Shown here piece by piece: positions 1 to 27,352 of a stretch of 64,000 bases of DNA. Every line of letters begins with the position of its first letter. Within the stretch, counting starts at the first letter, position 1. The position numbers and the translations under genes are program-made. A model generated the notes under the pieces. The model did not search any database and had not been told where the DNA came from. It worked only from the letters and a program-made list of their open reading frames with translations. This DNA comes from Balanoglossus misakiensis (Eukaryota > Animalia > Hemichordata): the NCBI GenBank assembly GCA_040954595.2, contig CM082582.2, positions 10,097,483-10,161,482 on the forward strand, given 5' to 3'.

Positions 1-144
1 TGACGGAGAACGCACCCATTTTAAAATGTTTACTCGTTGTCAAAACCATTAAAAATAAGTTTCCTCCTCCTCCGAGAGGTGAAAAAACGCCTTTTTGCGG
101 CGCATACGAGAAACTTAATCGCCACTGATGGAAATGAACGTTAC

Positions 145-1186
145 CTCGATGTACTCCCCTCGGGGGGCTATGAGCACAAATTTGCATACTCTTCTGTGCC
201 CCGTGCTATGAACGGTAACGGATCCCCGAGATGACGTCATCGACTGTAGTGTGCCGTTCCGACAGGAGTCTACGAAATAGAGAAGGGAAATCGGTTAACA
301 AACGATGAAAGATGAGAATGCTGAGAGGGATAGTCTGAGTCTCGCCCCCCCCCCACCACGCGATCGCTTGTACTTGAAGTTGTCTGCGAAGATCCCCCCC
401 CCCCCACACACACACACCCACACACACACAAATCTGATTGAACATGGCTGCAGAGTTAGGCTCCGTCTTCACTGTGTTTTGTGCTGTTCTCGTTCTGTCG
501 TTGCAGCCCAACTAGAAAGGCGGCCAGCCACAGAACGAGAACATCACGGCTGATAAACGTAAAACACAGAGTCGCTGTGTCCCCGTTGATTTTAATCAAA
601 CTGATATAACTCCCCGTACAGCTAAAAGCATTTATACACAGCATATCAAATCTAAGTTATGCGGATCCTGGTGGATGTAATTCTTTAAACTCAGGGATCT
701 AAAAGACGGAGCGACAATGTTATCAAAGAGAACCGACAAGGAAAGTATTGGAGCGTGTTCAGAATTATCTCGCCTATACACGTTCTGTATTATGAAAATT
801 CGTTGAGTACATGTAAAAGTAACGCTGACAGTCCCACTTTACAGATACATTTGATAGAAGCTATACTTTTCATCCAAATTATCAAAACATCCATCGTGTG
901 CGTTTCCAGATAATCTTAGTGAGCGGCAACTTCCAACGCACATGCTGACGGGTCCACTGTGAAATTGCTGGCGGATCGGAGAATTGTTTGTCGGTGATCG
1001 TGGGAACTCCTTCCCCAATGTCCATCTTGCAAATCCGATAGATTATTATTACATAGTGGAAAAACATGCAAAGGGGGATATGTCGAACAAACACGCACAC
1101 ACTTGCGCATATAAAACGAGGAGAGATGGAAGACGGAAGAAGTTAGAAAGGAACACAGACACAAATACATACATACATACATACAT

Positions 1187-1217
<31 letters not shown>

Positions 1218-1352
1218 CAGTAATTGACCAAGACCTTCGTGCTCACCTGTCATGGGATCGTTTGGAGTACCTCTTTTTAACGACATTGTAAACGATGCAC
1301 ACGGAAGGCACAAACACATCAGAGCGACTCGAAGTAAATCCTCTAAATCCAT
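145..1352 (-). CDS. 5' end (coding exons 1-2) of a secreted or membrane CUB-like domain protein; gene continues beyond the left edge
   Basis: Exon 1 is 1352-1247: ATG, MDLEDLLRVALMCLCLPCASFTMSLKRGTPNDPMT, signal-peptide-like, with donor ACAG|GTGAGC in phase 1. Exon 2 is 269-145: acceptor ttcccttctctatttcgtag, (D)SCRNGTLQSMTSSRGSVTVHSTGHRRVCKFVLIAPRGEYIE, donor GAG|GTAACG. Phases match. The C...G.(V/I)...C.F.L.AP.G..I pattern resembles the first half of a CUB domain. Confidence 0.7.
1166..1217. repeat. Compound tetranucleotide microsatellite (ACAT)n(ACAG)n in intron 1 of the CUB-like gene
   Basis: Directly visible; explains the VCLS/TDRQ repeats in spurious ORFs. Confidence 0.95.
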
Positions 1353-3974
1353 GTCGTTCAGAGTTTCAGACTAAAATGGCCTGAGCAGCGCGGAATAACA
1401 CACTTCTTTCTTTTTCGAAGTAATCCCCTTGGCGTCCGATCCTTCCACGTGTACGGTCAAATAAATACATCCGTCGGGGAACGGGACTTCATCGAACGCG
1501 TTGGGGAGGGTATCAGTTACGACTTTTCGCAACGGAGCGGTATTATCTGCTCTTAAAAAAAACCTACCACGTTAAAAATACCACACACGACCCCGCGTAA
1601 CCTTTGCGGTGATAAATCGCGTCTACGGTGTAATCGCTCCCCGTCGCTCCGCTGTTTCTTCCTATTCGCCGATTTGCATTATTGCCGGGCTAATAGACGA
1701 CTCTCGCGGTCGGATAAATATACACCACCGCTGTTTAACAGACAGACTACACATATATTATGGCGCGGTGTGTTGACAAGCGTTTGCCTTTTGTACCGAA
1801 CCAATCAATTCACAGCCGTCGATACGGAGGAAGCAGCTGCATCCTGGCTTGATTCGGCTCCAGTCGGCCGAGGGAGAGTACGATTACGAGACGGGGGAGG
1901 GCGTACTAATCGATACAGGGGGGGGGGGGGATGGCTTGCCCTAGTTTGCTGGTAAGTTTCGGCTCCTAACTAATATCTCGGTAATTTGATATACCCAAAG
2001 GACTGTATGGTTGGTATCAATTAATTTTATCGAGAAGGCACAAGAGCGTTCACAAACGAAAGTGACTATACAATTAAGCTAAACCGACAAAAACTCTTCA
2101 ATTATTTAAAGAAGGAGATAAAGGCAGGCCTGTATTATCAGGAACCGTAATTACAAAACTCGCAGAGTTTCTCGCTGAATGCGTTTTCAGTAAGGAGGGG
2201 AATCCATTTGGGAAAGTCAGGTGATAATCACTTTGCTGTCCCATTCCGACAACTATATCTAGCGTTAATTTTGCTGTCTGGTTCTCACTACTCGAGAGAA
2301 AAAGTCACATTTAGCCGGATAGCGTGAACTGGTGCTTTGTGCGAATCTAGAATCATCGCATAAATAAGCGAAAAAACAGTGAGGAAAGGCCGGATTATTT
2401 TTTGCGCGTTGCAATGCGCGGACACGAAAACCGCGTCACTTCTTCCGATATGCCCGGATGGGTATGATGAGTCTGACGCAACGGTCTTCCGTCGCGTAGC
2501 AAAAAAAACACCCGTACCGCTCAGCACCGCCATACACCGAAACTGTTTAATTAACGATGGAAACGGATGGTTTGGGGCTAACAAAAAAAAATCGGTGGGG
2601 AAACACCGTGTTATTTTCCCGACTAGTTTGTATAAACGTCGCTGACAACAAAGTCGATACGTCCGCGCTTACTTGGATGTTTAACGTGGTTGCCCTGGGA
2701 AACATGTATGTGAAAGAGGGGGCTGATTTTTTTTTTCTAGTGAGAAGTTGTTATCCTGGCTTCTTACGGAAACTTCTCCGTTGAATTTTTTATACACATA
2801 AAGCCTGACAACACGACAGATTATGTCTAGAAGCTGCCATGCACGAGCAGATGTTTGAAATTTTCTCGCATCAAATTATCGGCCCCCGGCATTTTACTTT
2901 GTGATCTGTCGGAATCATGGAGCCGATGATTCTTTGGTAGAACGCAGCGACTTAGCGCTTCTTTCGTCTGCCCGAAGGAATAAACGCCCTTTTGAGCTCA
3001 AGAAACATCCTGCGATTTTTTGTTGAAAGGAAATCTATGAGCCCACCAGTACCTGAACCGATGTGAAGTGAAAATCTGATGGACTGTTATTTAAAATCAA
3101 TATGCAAACCGAAAGTTTCTTTCTGAGCAATATTAAATGACTCCGACTACAATCATTATTTCTGTTGTAAGGGTGGTTTCAATTACTTGAGGGGTGGGCA
3201 CTAGGGGGGAATATTTACACGGCATCGAGGATCACCCACAAGACCACACTATATTTCTCATTACCTATATTAGCAGCTAGTTTCCACTTACACAAGGAAA
3301 TATGTTGTCTTTGGGGGTTCATTACTGACTACGCCAACGTATGTCCTCATTTTAGACCCACTCAAGTGCTATGGATGCAGCCATTTAGATGATCTAGTGA
3401 TATACTATTGCGGCAAATCATGGCAATTTTCCCTACAGAAAGTTAACCGGGAATGCAGTGCATAGAGGATCCGGAGACTACGCGCTGAAGTTGGCCGAAC
3501 ATTCAGATTAAGTTTCAAATTTAATTCGGGGCGAAGGCGACATTCAATACTAATGAAAGCAATTTCCACGGAGGGACTTTTTTTCTAGCACTTGGATATT
3601 GAATGAAGGTAAATTGGGAGTTGCAGTCTGTGGTCCTCTGTATTTATTATAGAATGATACGGCTAATGGTTGTTAAAATTATATCACAAAGAAGAAAAAT
3701 ACATATTTAAATAGACAGACACAAACGTGCTTTGGTGTTGATATTTGATCTAGGAGTGACAGGACATCCCAAGCGAGACATATATTTTCATGTCAACGTA
3801 TTAGTATCCCCGGCCTTCCAATGATATAATGAGCACATGTCACTAAAGCTTCATTTGTTTACTGTCCCCAAAGGCTCTGCCCATCGCAGTAGATCAATTA
3901 ACTAATCTTTCAGTCCACATATTAACCTATACATTCACCTGTACCCATTCATCACCACCAACCCACGCATTATT

Positions 3975-4229
<255 letters not shown>

Positions 4230-7200
4230 AACAACAACCTGCAAAGTGCATTTTCGTGGGTAAAAACCCCCACCATAACTGAAGACTACGACCCAGGTAT
4301 ACGACGTATATCACTTTACGGTGAGCAGACGAAATCAGACTTAACTGGTACGAAAATTACACTCGGGAGACCGGGCCTATAAACTCGTATACTCCCGTGG
4401 TTTATCGCGCTGTTATGGTGAAAGGATTCGAGAGTGTATAAATACAGTCCCTTCAAACTAATTAGCTCTCGACAGACGCATAAAAACCGCAAATGAAATG
4501 AAATGCAGCCGAACAGCGCCTGAAACATGTTACCCCAATATAATGGGGTTCTTGTAAATCTTTCAAACGCACACCCCGACTTCTTAGCTCTTCAACAGTG
4601 GCGATATATCACAAGACCGTTAGACAATAATTAACATTTATGGGCCATTTTCTGCGTTTGTTATGAGGCCGTTCCGAATATACGAGATCACCGTGTATTT
4701 AAAAGCGATTGCCTGCAAATGCTGAAATGGCGATATGGCGCCGAGACAGGTATTATAATTACATGTACTGCGACATTCGGAGCAAAATGAAACTTCTGGG
4801 CTCGCCGACGTCGTCTTTTCTGAAAAAGATTTTCTCCGTTTTTATGAAACTTTAATATTGAACTTCACTCGATTTTGAAGCCATAACACAATCTGTCTTC
4901 TGTTTGTCTGGAAACCACTTTGGGAATGCCGATGTCTTGGTTTTTGCGACGACGCACTTTCGAGACAATAAAACCCTGACCCGATCAATCTTCGTGTCAG
5001 CAGGACTTAATTAACTCGTTTAATACTTTATGGTATTTTTCTTCTGCCATTTGGTGCAAGAGAGTTCAAGGAACGTGCTCCCGTAATTTTTCATCGTAGC
5101 CATCGATTACAGCGTGGAAAAACTCTCTTTCACGGAAAAGAAGACCTACAGGGCTATACAGTTTGTATGGGTTCCTTCACAATGGGTTCAAGGAAAGTCA
5201 ATGAGTGTTTGTCAGCGAGAAGATTCTCCGTATTTTCAAACGCTCGGTATTTCGAATAATCTCATGCATCATTCATTCGGTTTGGGATTTACAGATGAAA
5301 AGAACTAAATTTACCTTCCCTGTTGATTTTAATCGATTTCCTAAAAAAACATTAAATGTCCGCTAGGCATTCCAGGGTGATCTGGCGATGCAGCTAGCGT
5401 ACTTTTAAAAACCTGTGCCCCTTACGCATCACACTGGTGATGTCATCAATAATGAACATGGCCAGCAAATATGATAGCCCTAGATCAAGAACAAAAATCT
5501 GCCGAATCCGGAAGAGTCATCTCCGCTTTCAAAAACTTCGGGGATTATTAAGGTGTCAAAAGACTTGCAAAGGCTTAACGTGGAAATGACCGATCCCAGG
5601 GAGTAACAAAATCTGCGCAGTATAGGTCTTCAGATACATTCTATATTGACAGCACAAGAAAGTTTTTTTCCTGGTTAAATAACGAGCAAAACAGCCAATC
5701 ATTCAGCACGATAGCGAGTCATTTAGCAATGCACTTGACTAATAAAAAATTTAAGCAGTCGTGACTGAACTCGTGGGAAATCTCTCCAGGTTCGTCAGGT
5801 GATCAGCAGCAGTGTAAACAATGTTCGCGAGCGGCGACTGAAGCGAAAGCGGTAATCGTTATAGGGTGAACCTTGATTAAACGCTTTCAATCATTTTGTG
5901 AATTATACATTTCTTGGAATTCGCAGTGCCTGGAAATCAAACGTGTATGAGTCAATCTGGAGAAATTGAAAGCCGAGGGTTGCACTTGAGGTACACTTGG
6001 CGAGGTACTTTATTTTTTATCAACATTGCTCTGACTCCCTTTGTACTTGTGAACGCAATGTAGGCATATATATACCCATTGCAGCCTCTGAGCACATCGG
6101 GACAAGATTGTGATCAATCTTACAGGTGCGGATAAGTACGGGATACTGTTGAAAGCAGAATGTGAACTTGACGGGGCAGAAATCCAAGTTAAATGAAAAA
6201 AAGAGAGATTTCTCTCAGCCCCCAGCTTGTGCCGAGTCAATCAAATTGCAACATTTACACAGAAATCATTACCCAAGATCTGCTTTCTAACGTACAGCCT
6301 CGCGAAGCGCATGAACGCTAATGACTGTCCCGCCACTTACAGGTAAAAATCTTGAATCGATTGTCGTGCAGAGTTGATGTGTCATTCCGTATGTGCGGTT
6401 ATTGATAGCAGCGGTTAAAGACCCAGCAGAAAAAACACATTGATCGATATAATATGGAAATTGCTGTCTGCAGAATGCATTGGTGAACAAATCAAATCTG
6501 AAACTCTTATCGGGTCCTTGGCAAAGGATTACAATAGAAAGCAGTCATTTCCCTCCGTGATTGCAAGGCACACCTGATGTGGAAAGTGTTCGTCTGACCT
6601 CTCAGGAGTGTAGGCCTATAGCACGCACATTTTTTCGTCGATTTAATCAGTGACTGCATCTCTCCACGCTTCAGTCGGCCGGCGAAAACACCGATAATGA
6701 TTTATTTTAATACAGAGCCGGATGCCGGTAATCGTATCTTCGCGAACCTATCTTGAAAGCTAAAGACTCTCTGAAATGCATTTTGTGAAGAAGAAGAAGA
6801 AAAACCCAAGACATAATCCGCAATGATTGCAGGAACGTGCGTACACACGCCACTCACAATGCAATTTGTGTCGCGGACATTTGTAAACTGTTTCAGTCCA
6901 GGTTTACATGTCAAAGGCAAGTCGTTATTCTCCTGTAAGTCCCACCGACCAATCACGTCAGCGTAAACTACACACACAACGAGAAATGATGCACAAGTTT
7001 GGAAGATTCGAGAGTCGTTTTGTTTTTTGTTTTACTCACACGCATATTGTTGATAAAAATCCACAATAAGACAAGAAGGGACACGGTGATAAGCTATAAC
7101 CCAAACAAACGAACAGTAGACTTTTCGAAGTCGACAAATGTGGATTTGCAGTGGAAATAACTGGCAATCATGTATCTGCAGGAAAGGAGAACACGTTAAA

Positions 7201-7762
7201 TCGACGTTTTGTTCACAGGGTGGAACGAATGTAAGGGTAGCAATCAATAGTCGACACGCGTCCATTAAGTTTGCAAAAGTCAAAGGTGTCGCCGTTCATT
7301 TTAAGAGGGCAGTTGGGACTGTTTGTGTTTTACAAAGAAAATGTTATATTTTCTTGTCAGACACGTTAGGGGAAGGTAAACGGTTGGCAGTGCGACACAC
7401 ATTCTGAGCTAATAACGTCGGAATCAGCTCGCGTCGATTGTCTATCTGCGAAATATGCGCAGATCGAGACTGAATGTCGTCTTGGAAATGTCTCGTTTAT
7501 ACTGTAAACGCCGAAGTTGACAATTTTTACAAATAATTTTTGACATCGGCGGAGCGCATCCAGTCTGCGGGGTCGAAGAGCAAGCATGGTTGAGGAATTA
7601 GACGTCTTTGCGCGGCTTCAACTCAATCGAGCGCTGAATTGAACCTACGCAATCAATAAGAAAACAGCCATTACATGGTGATACAATTCAAAGCTGCGCT
7701 TTAATAGGACCCTGTCTGCGTAACGCTGGTCTGCCGTAATCTTCGCCATTAGAGAACAACGC

Positions 7763-8643
7763 GTTTCCATGGAAACCACGTCGCATCGAAATTGATGTAA
7801 TGAACTCAAGAGTACTTCGCGCGTGTTTATTTCCTTCGACAAGTTTCGACTAAAGCTACCAAGGTGTCCAAGGAAATCTACTTCTGGTGCGGGTGAGTAG
7901 CTTTCGCAGACCCGGTACCGTTGTTCGAATCGCTGCTCGTTTGACAAAAGTAGCGGTTGCCATGGCGACAGGGTATCCAACGCAGAGGAGAAGGTCCCAT
8001 TTGGGTGAACAGAGGCGCGTCGGACACGTTCACCGAGTGGATGATGTCATTAGCGGACCAAACTCAAGGCCTGCGCCGACGAATCGTCAAAGACGAACCG
8101 TCCTTGTTTAATGAGCCACTCACGGAATTCAATTCCATGCAGAAGTTGCTCTTGTGACAGCCAGAGTCAGCGCGCGGACAGTTCAATATTTTCAATCCGT
8201 AGTCCACAAATTAGAGTCATATATATGCCCTGATCGAAACAAAAATATTTTCATTGATATTTACGAACAAAAAACGGACTGCTGACATTTTTGCTATAAT
8301 GGCTCTTAAAGGGTCGTTGAACTCTCATTTCTTCCCTTGAAAGTGTTTTGCAACGTTGATGAATAATGATAACGCTCGGAGGTTTCATGATGGATACGCA
8401 CGGTTCATCAATGACATATGTCTTGCAAGTGGAAGTGAAGAGTTTTGTCAGATCACATGCGCAAACATATGCATTTGCAACTGTGGTTCTGGCTTGGTGA
8501 ATCTCGTGAACAATATGCGAATCACGTGTTTTCAATTTAAAATTGAAAGTCGTAAGACTCCCTTCGGCATTTTCCGATTCAAGAAACTTAAAAGTAACCC
8601 ACCAAAACGGAAATCTACATCAATGAATGTTTCCATGGTGAAC
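7763..8643. promoter_or_regulatory. Cluster of RFX X-box-like motifs (candidate enhancer)
   Basis: GTTTCCATGGAAAC (7763-7776, perfect palindrome), GTTGCCATGGCGAC (7956-7969) and GTTTCCATGGTGAAC (8629-8643) in CpG-rich non-coding DNA. Confidence 0.5.
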
Positions 8644-11078
8644 GTGTTCTGTTTAATGTGCAGACACGTGAGAGTAACGCGACCACAGAAACTGATCACC
8701 GCTTTATAGCAATCCGGGATAGCGATGCATAATCCTTTATCAGATTCTCAAGCGCCTTTCGCGATATCTGGCGTCACGCGGCTCTGATAAAGGGCCACTG
8801 CGCTTTCTGGGTTCAAAAGAAGGCAGAAAATGACGAACAGTCAGACCCAGATATACGCTGCCAGCCACGTGACCTAAATTTCCTGAGAAACACATGTGCC
8901 TTCTGCTACTGGTCTTACGACGCGTGTAACTGTGTAATAGGAGGAGAATAATGAATGCTATTACGCGCGTGAACACTTATCCCATGAAATTACTCTCTTC
9001 TTTTCTCAAATTCGAGAGGGGGTGGAAATTTCGTGCTTGGAGGACTGAAATGAAGCTCAGAGCTTAGGGTAATTCCCATTAAAATTTTCCTCAGATGTCG
9101 AATTTCAACTTTAAAAGCTGCGTTGAATGGATACATGGAACTGGACACGTGACTTGCCGGCTTTCACAATCATGGCATTTTTATGGGCAAGAACAAAGAC
9201 GAATGACAAAATATGTCAGGATGAACAATCACTCTTTAAATTGGGAGAGCTGTCTGACCCATTACCTGTGTAAGCCTGTATCTCTTGTGGTATAAACGTA
9301 GATCTCTTGGGAGTGCCACAGAAGAAACGGGCAGAAACATTCGATGATTAGCATGAGTACCTGTGAGTGTAGTAAAAAGCCTTCCCTGTTTGTGCATTCA
9401 GTCAGTTATCTTCAGAGCGGATCGGCCATTAATACCTAAGCCAACAGAATTTGGGGGAACGCACGACCATTCATAGCTATTAAATAATCATTAAACTTTT
9501 ATCTGCAGCGCTGTATTGGACGGAAGCTTTGGTATTTTAGTTCTCCATGCTCATATTCTGACGTTATGCTTTGTGCATGTGTGTATCGCCTCTCGCGATA
9601 ACTGATTCTGAGAAAACGCAAAGTAATTAAAGTCTGCCTGAAGCTCCTGTTCAGCCTTCCAATATGTCGTGGTTTCTCGGAAGAATACCTGTACTTAGAG
9701 CTTTATTTACTTCCCTTACAAGTGATTAGCTGGCAGTAAAATCAAGATTATTCCAACAGAGTAAAGTTCTATCACTCCCGAGGAGCAGTTATCTCATTCC
9801 TGTAGAGCAAAAAGTTCTGTCTAATCCTGACTGTGGTTTAAAGTCTCCTCGCTGAGATGCAAGAAGCGGCCTCCCCAGATGAACTCTCACCCTGGACGCT
9901 AAACTAGCCTTAATTCAATCTGCCCAGTAGTAACTAGGCTAATAGATGTGAAAAACTTGCAAACAAGACCCTGAGTTACAGCTTAATGTGTACAAAGATT
10001 AAGCTAATGTTCACTTGAATCTCGCTCGGTGAGACACGCAATTCTGGTGCATGCATCTGCAGTGACCTATTACTACACTGGTCTTCCTTTGCAAATTACA
10101 TATGGAGAGCAATTGATTTAGTTGTAGCAAAAATTCAAGCTGATATAATGACATCCTTTATTTCTGGCATATGACCCACGTCATATGGCGCATTGACTGC
10201 GAAAAATGGCAAATTGCCCAGCGAAGCAACTATATGTGCTGTATTCACATGTCTTCGCAGGTTTGCATCATCTCTTACAAAAGCGTTGGTAATTGTAACA
10301 GTGATTTCCTGCAGCTGCGTATAACTTTTCACTCTCGCGATTACTTTCTTGAGAAATAACCGAAGGCAAGACATTTCAATCTGTGGTGAAGTCAGCCTCT
10401 TGGTTTTGCCTTCATGCACATTTCCCAATGCCATGTCATCTGTGATCAATACTGAGTGCTGTTCATGGGTTAAAAGACTGCAAGAAATTATTCATGGTGA
10501 ATGTTTAGATGGTGCATCCTTTTGAAAAATGTAACATAAGCTTAGACCTTTGTGACGTGTGCAAAAGATGTGAAATATGTCTTGGGAAGATTTACCATTT
10601 ACATAAATATGCCATCTGCAGCATATTAATGTTTCATCTGCAGATGGAGTATAAGAGAGTTAAATGCTCTATCAAAATGGCGTACATATTTGTTAACATA
10701 CTATAGTTGTCATGGTATACCTCAAACCCTGCTGTATAATTTACTCAGAATATAATATACTCCCACAGCCCACTTTGTTACAAATCTCATCTTTTTTGGA
10801 AATTTCTAGATTTGACTTATTTATAGAAGAATGAGTTACTCTGATTTTAATGTTACATATCTTACAAGTAGAAAGTTAAAGGCACTTAATTCTTGCTTAT
10901 ATTTTACCAAGATATCTGTGGTAAGAAACTGTGTTTGCAAAATAAACTACATATAAAGCCTCTATACAGTACATAGGCAAAACTACCATCCTACCTACAC
11001 ATTGTGGAGGAATGAATAGATTTGTGAAGTTACGTTTTCAGATTTCAGGATATCGATATTTCTGGACATCGCATGTGT

Positions 11079-22258
<11,180 letters not shown>

Positions 22259-22324
22259 AATGTGTGTCACTGTTGTGAGAAAAGAATCAAACCACGACTA
22301 AATCACTTTTGGCACACAAAAAAT

Positions 22325-22471
22325 TGACCACGCCCACTTCGTGAGTTCTTAAGCAATCGCATTTGTATAGGACAACTCTGACCACGCCCACTTCATGCGT
22401 TCTTCCACAATCGCGTTGACGATGACAGCACTGACCACGCCCACTTCATGCGTTCTTACAAAAATCGCGTC
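22325..22471. repeat. Three-copy ~54-bp tandem repeat carrying CCACGCCCAC (Sp/KLF GT-box-like) in copine intron 1
   Basis: TGACCACGCCCACTTC(G/A)TG(A/C)GTTCTT begins at 22325, 22379 and 22432. Confidence 0.9.
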
Positions 22472-22886
22472 ATACAACTTCTCGGCTAAACAATCGACAA
22501 ACCGTTCACCACAGAGATAATCGAATTCTATCCTCTTGCTTACCTCGTACCAAAACGAGGAAAAAAAGAGTCTCAAATCTGCCACCTTATAAAATGCCTT
22601 TAGTCATATACATCATCGAGTCGTTCACTTCCTTATACTATAGAACGAGACAGAGGTCGTCCAATTAAATTCTTTCTCATTTTTGTTAGCTGTAAACGTA
22701 TAATATTATAAATACCAAGAAGATTATTCAAAAACCATTCAATACCTGCTGAACACCGTTAAAAACCTCGATCCTGATCAAAATACAGCTGCTGTGTGAT
22801 CGACCAGGCTGTACGTCCTTTACGCGTTTGTTTGACGCGCTTGTTTACTTCCGTGTGTTTGCTTGCTGACTGTGTCCTCCATAAAT

Positions 22887-23093
<207 letters not shown>

Positions 23094-23841
23094 GGAATCC
23101 TATACCCATATTAGGTATGGACAAGGACATTTGACTTTTGCTTTCTAATGTGACCTCTTTCTCTCTCTTTTACTAGGGGCCTACTTTAACTGTTCACATA
23201 TCCGACTGAAGCTGAGCGCGTGAAGAGTGAAGACAGGTGATACAGCAACATGTTCAAAACTAGACAGTTTGAATTGGGAACCCAAAACGACTATTTGTGA
23301 CAATTACTGGTGAACCTATTTAAAAAAAAGAGAGGATCGTCATGCGCTTTTCCCATGTTTCTAGTCTACAGTTTGATTGAATGAAGTAGTTTGCGGTGAA
23401 TGCCGCACGTGTATATAAGTTTGGGTAAAACTTGTCTTTCGAAGTGAAATGTCTTCAACTTTTTGAAAGTTACTCAGAAAACACCTATATAGACAGAATA
23501 CTAGTATGCCTAATTCTTCGTGACGAAAGTTAAGAAGAAAGACACCAACATTCGACATTGACGCCTATTTAATTCCGAAAACTTTTTTCGTCAACTTTTA
23601 CTTTTCTCTGAGAAAAAAAAGTTATCCGCAAAGTTGCGTGTGACCGCTTATCATGAAACTTTAAACAACGCAACTCAAACCAATAATCTCTTTGGTCACT
23701 TCAGAATTCTCGCAAAAAATGGGTGGTTGCCGTGTCGAATGGGTGAATAGCTTGAAACATTTATTTTCCGATCTGATGGTCCAGATCAGGTGAAATTGAC
23801 GGTATCTACTGCAGGTGAGACTGACTCATACCCCGAAACGC

Positions 23842-23907
23842 TGCATTGTGGGTCAGGCGAACGATCACGTGATCGTACGTCAGAGCTGCCTAGATCGTCG
23901 CCATTTT
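23842..23907 (+). promoter_or_regulatory. VPS4 proximal promoter motifs: Staf/ZNF143-like site, palindromic E-box, YY1-like site
   Basis: TGCATTGTGGGT (23842-23853), ACGATCACGTGATCGT (23861-23876, 16-bp palindrome) and CGCCATTTT (~23899), 80-140 bp upstream of the ATG in a CpG-rich patch. Confidence 0.5.
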
Positions 23908-23979
23908 CCTATCTCACTAAAGTAAAAACACGGACTATCGGCTTGGGAGAGGATTTCTCCCTAATTTATAAGTTCAAAA

Positions 23980-27352
<3,373 letters not shown>

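Noticed and set aside
1931-1957. ATG-MACPSLL followed by a GTAAGT donor, divergent from the CUB-like gene
   Set aside because: I could not link it to any downstream coding exon; exon-like stretches at ~9095 and ~11621 give no recognisable protein. At most a divergent lncRNA.
7887-8157. Short + strand ORFs (MATGYPTQRRR... with good Kozak context; MPWRQG...)
   Set aside because: There is no recognisable domain or exon chain, and the ATG is simply the centre of an X-box motif.
8165-8186. REST/NRSE-like TCAGCGCGCGGACAG, and a half-site near 2521
   Set aside because: Spacing and left half-site deviate from TTCAGCACCnnGGACAG; too weak without a matrix scan.
22325-22471. Spaced direct repeats superficially like a CRISPR array
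   Set aside because: The context is a eukaryotic intron, there are only three units, the spacers are related to each other and there are no cas genes. It is a minisatellite.
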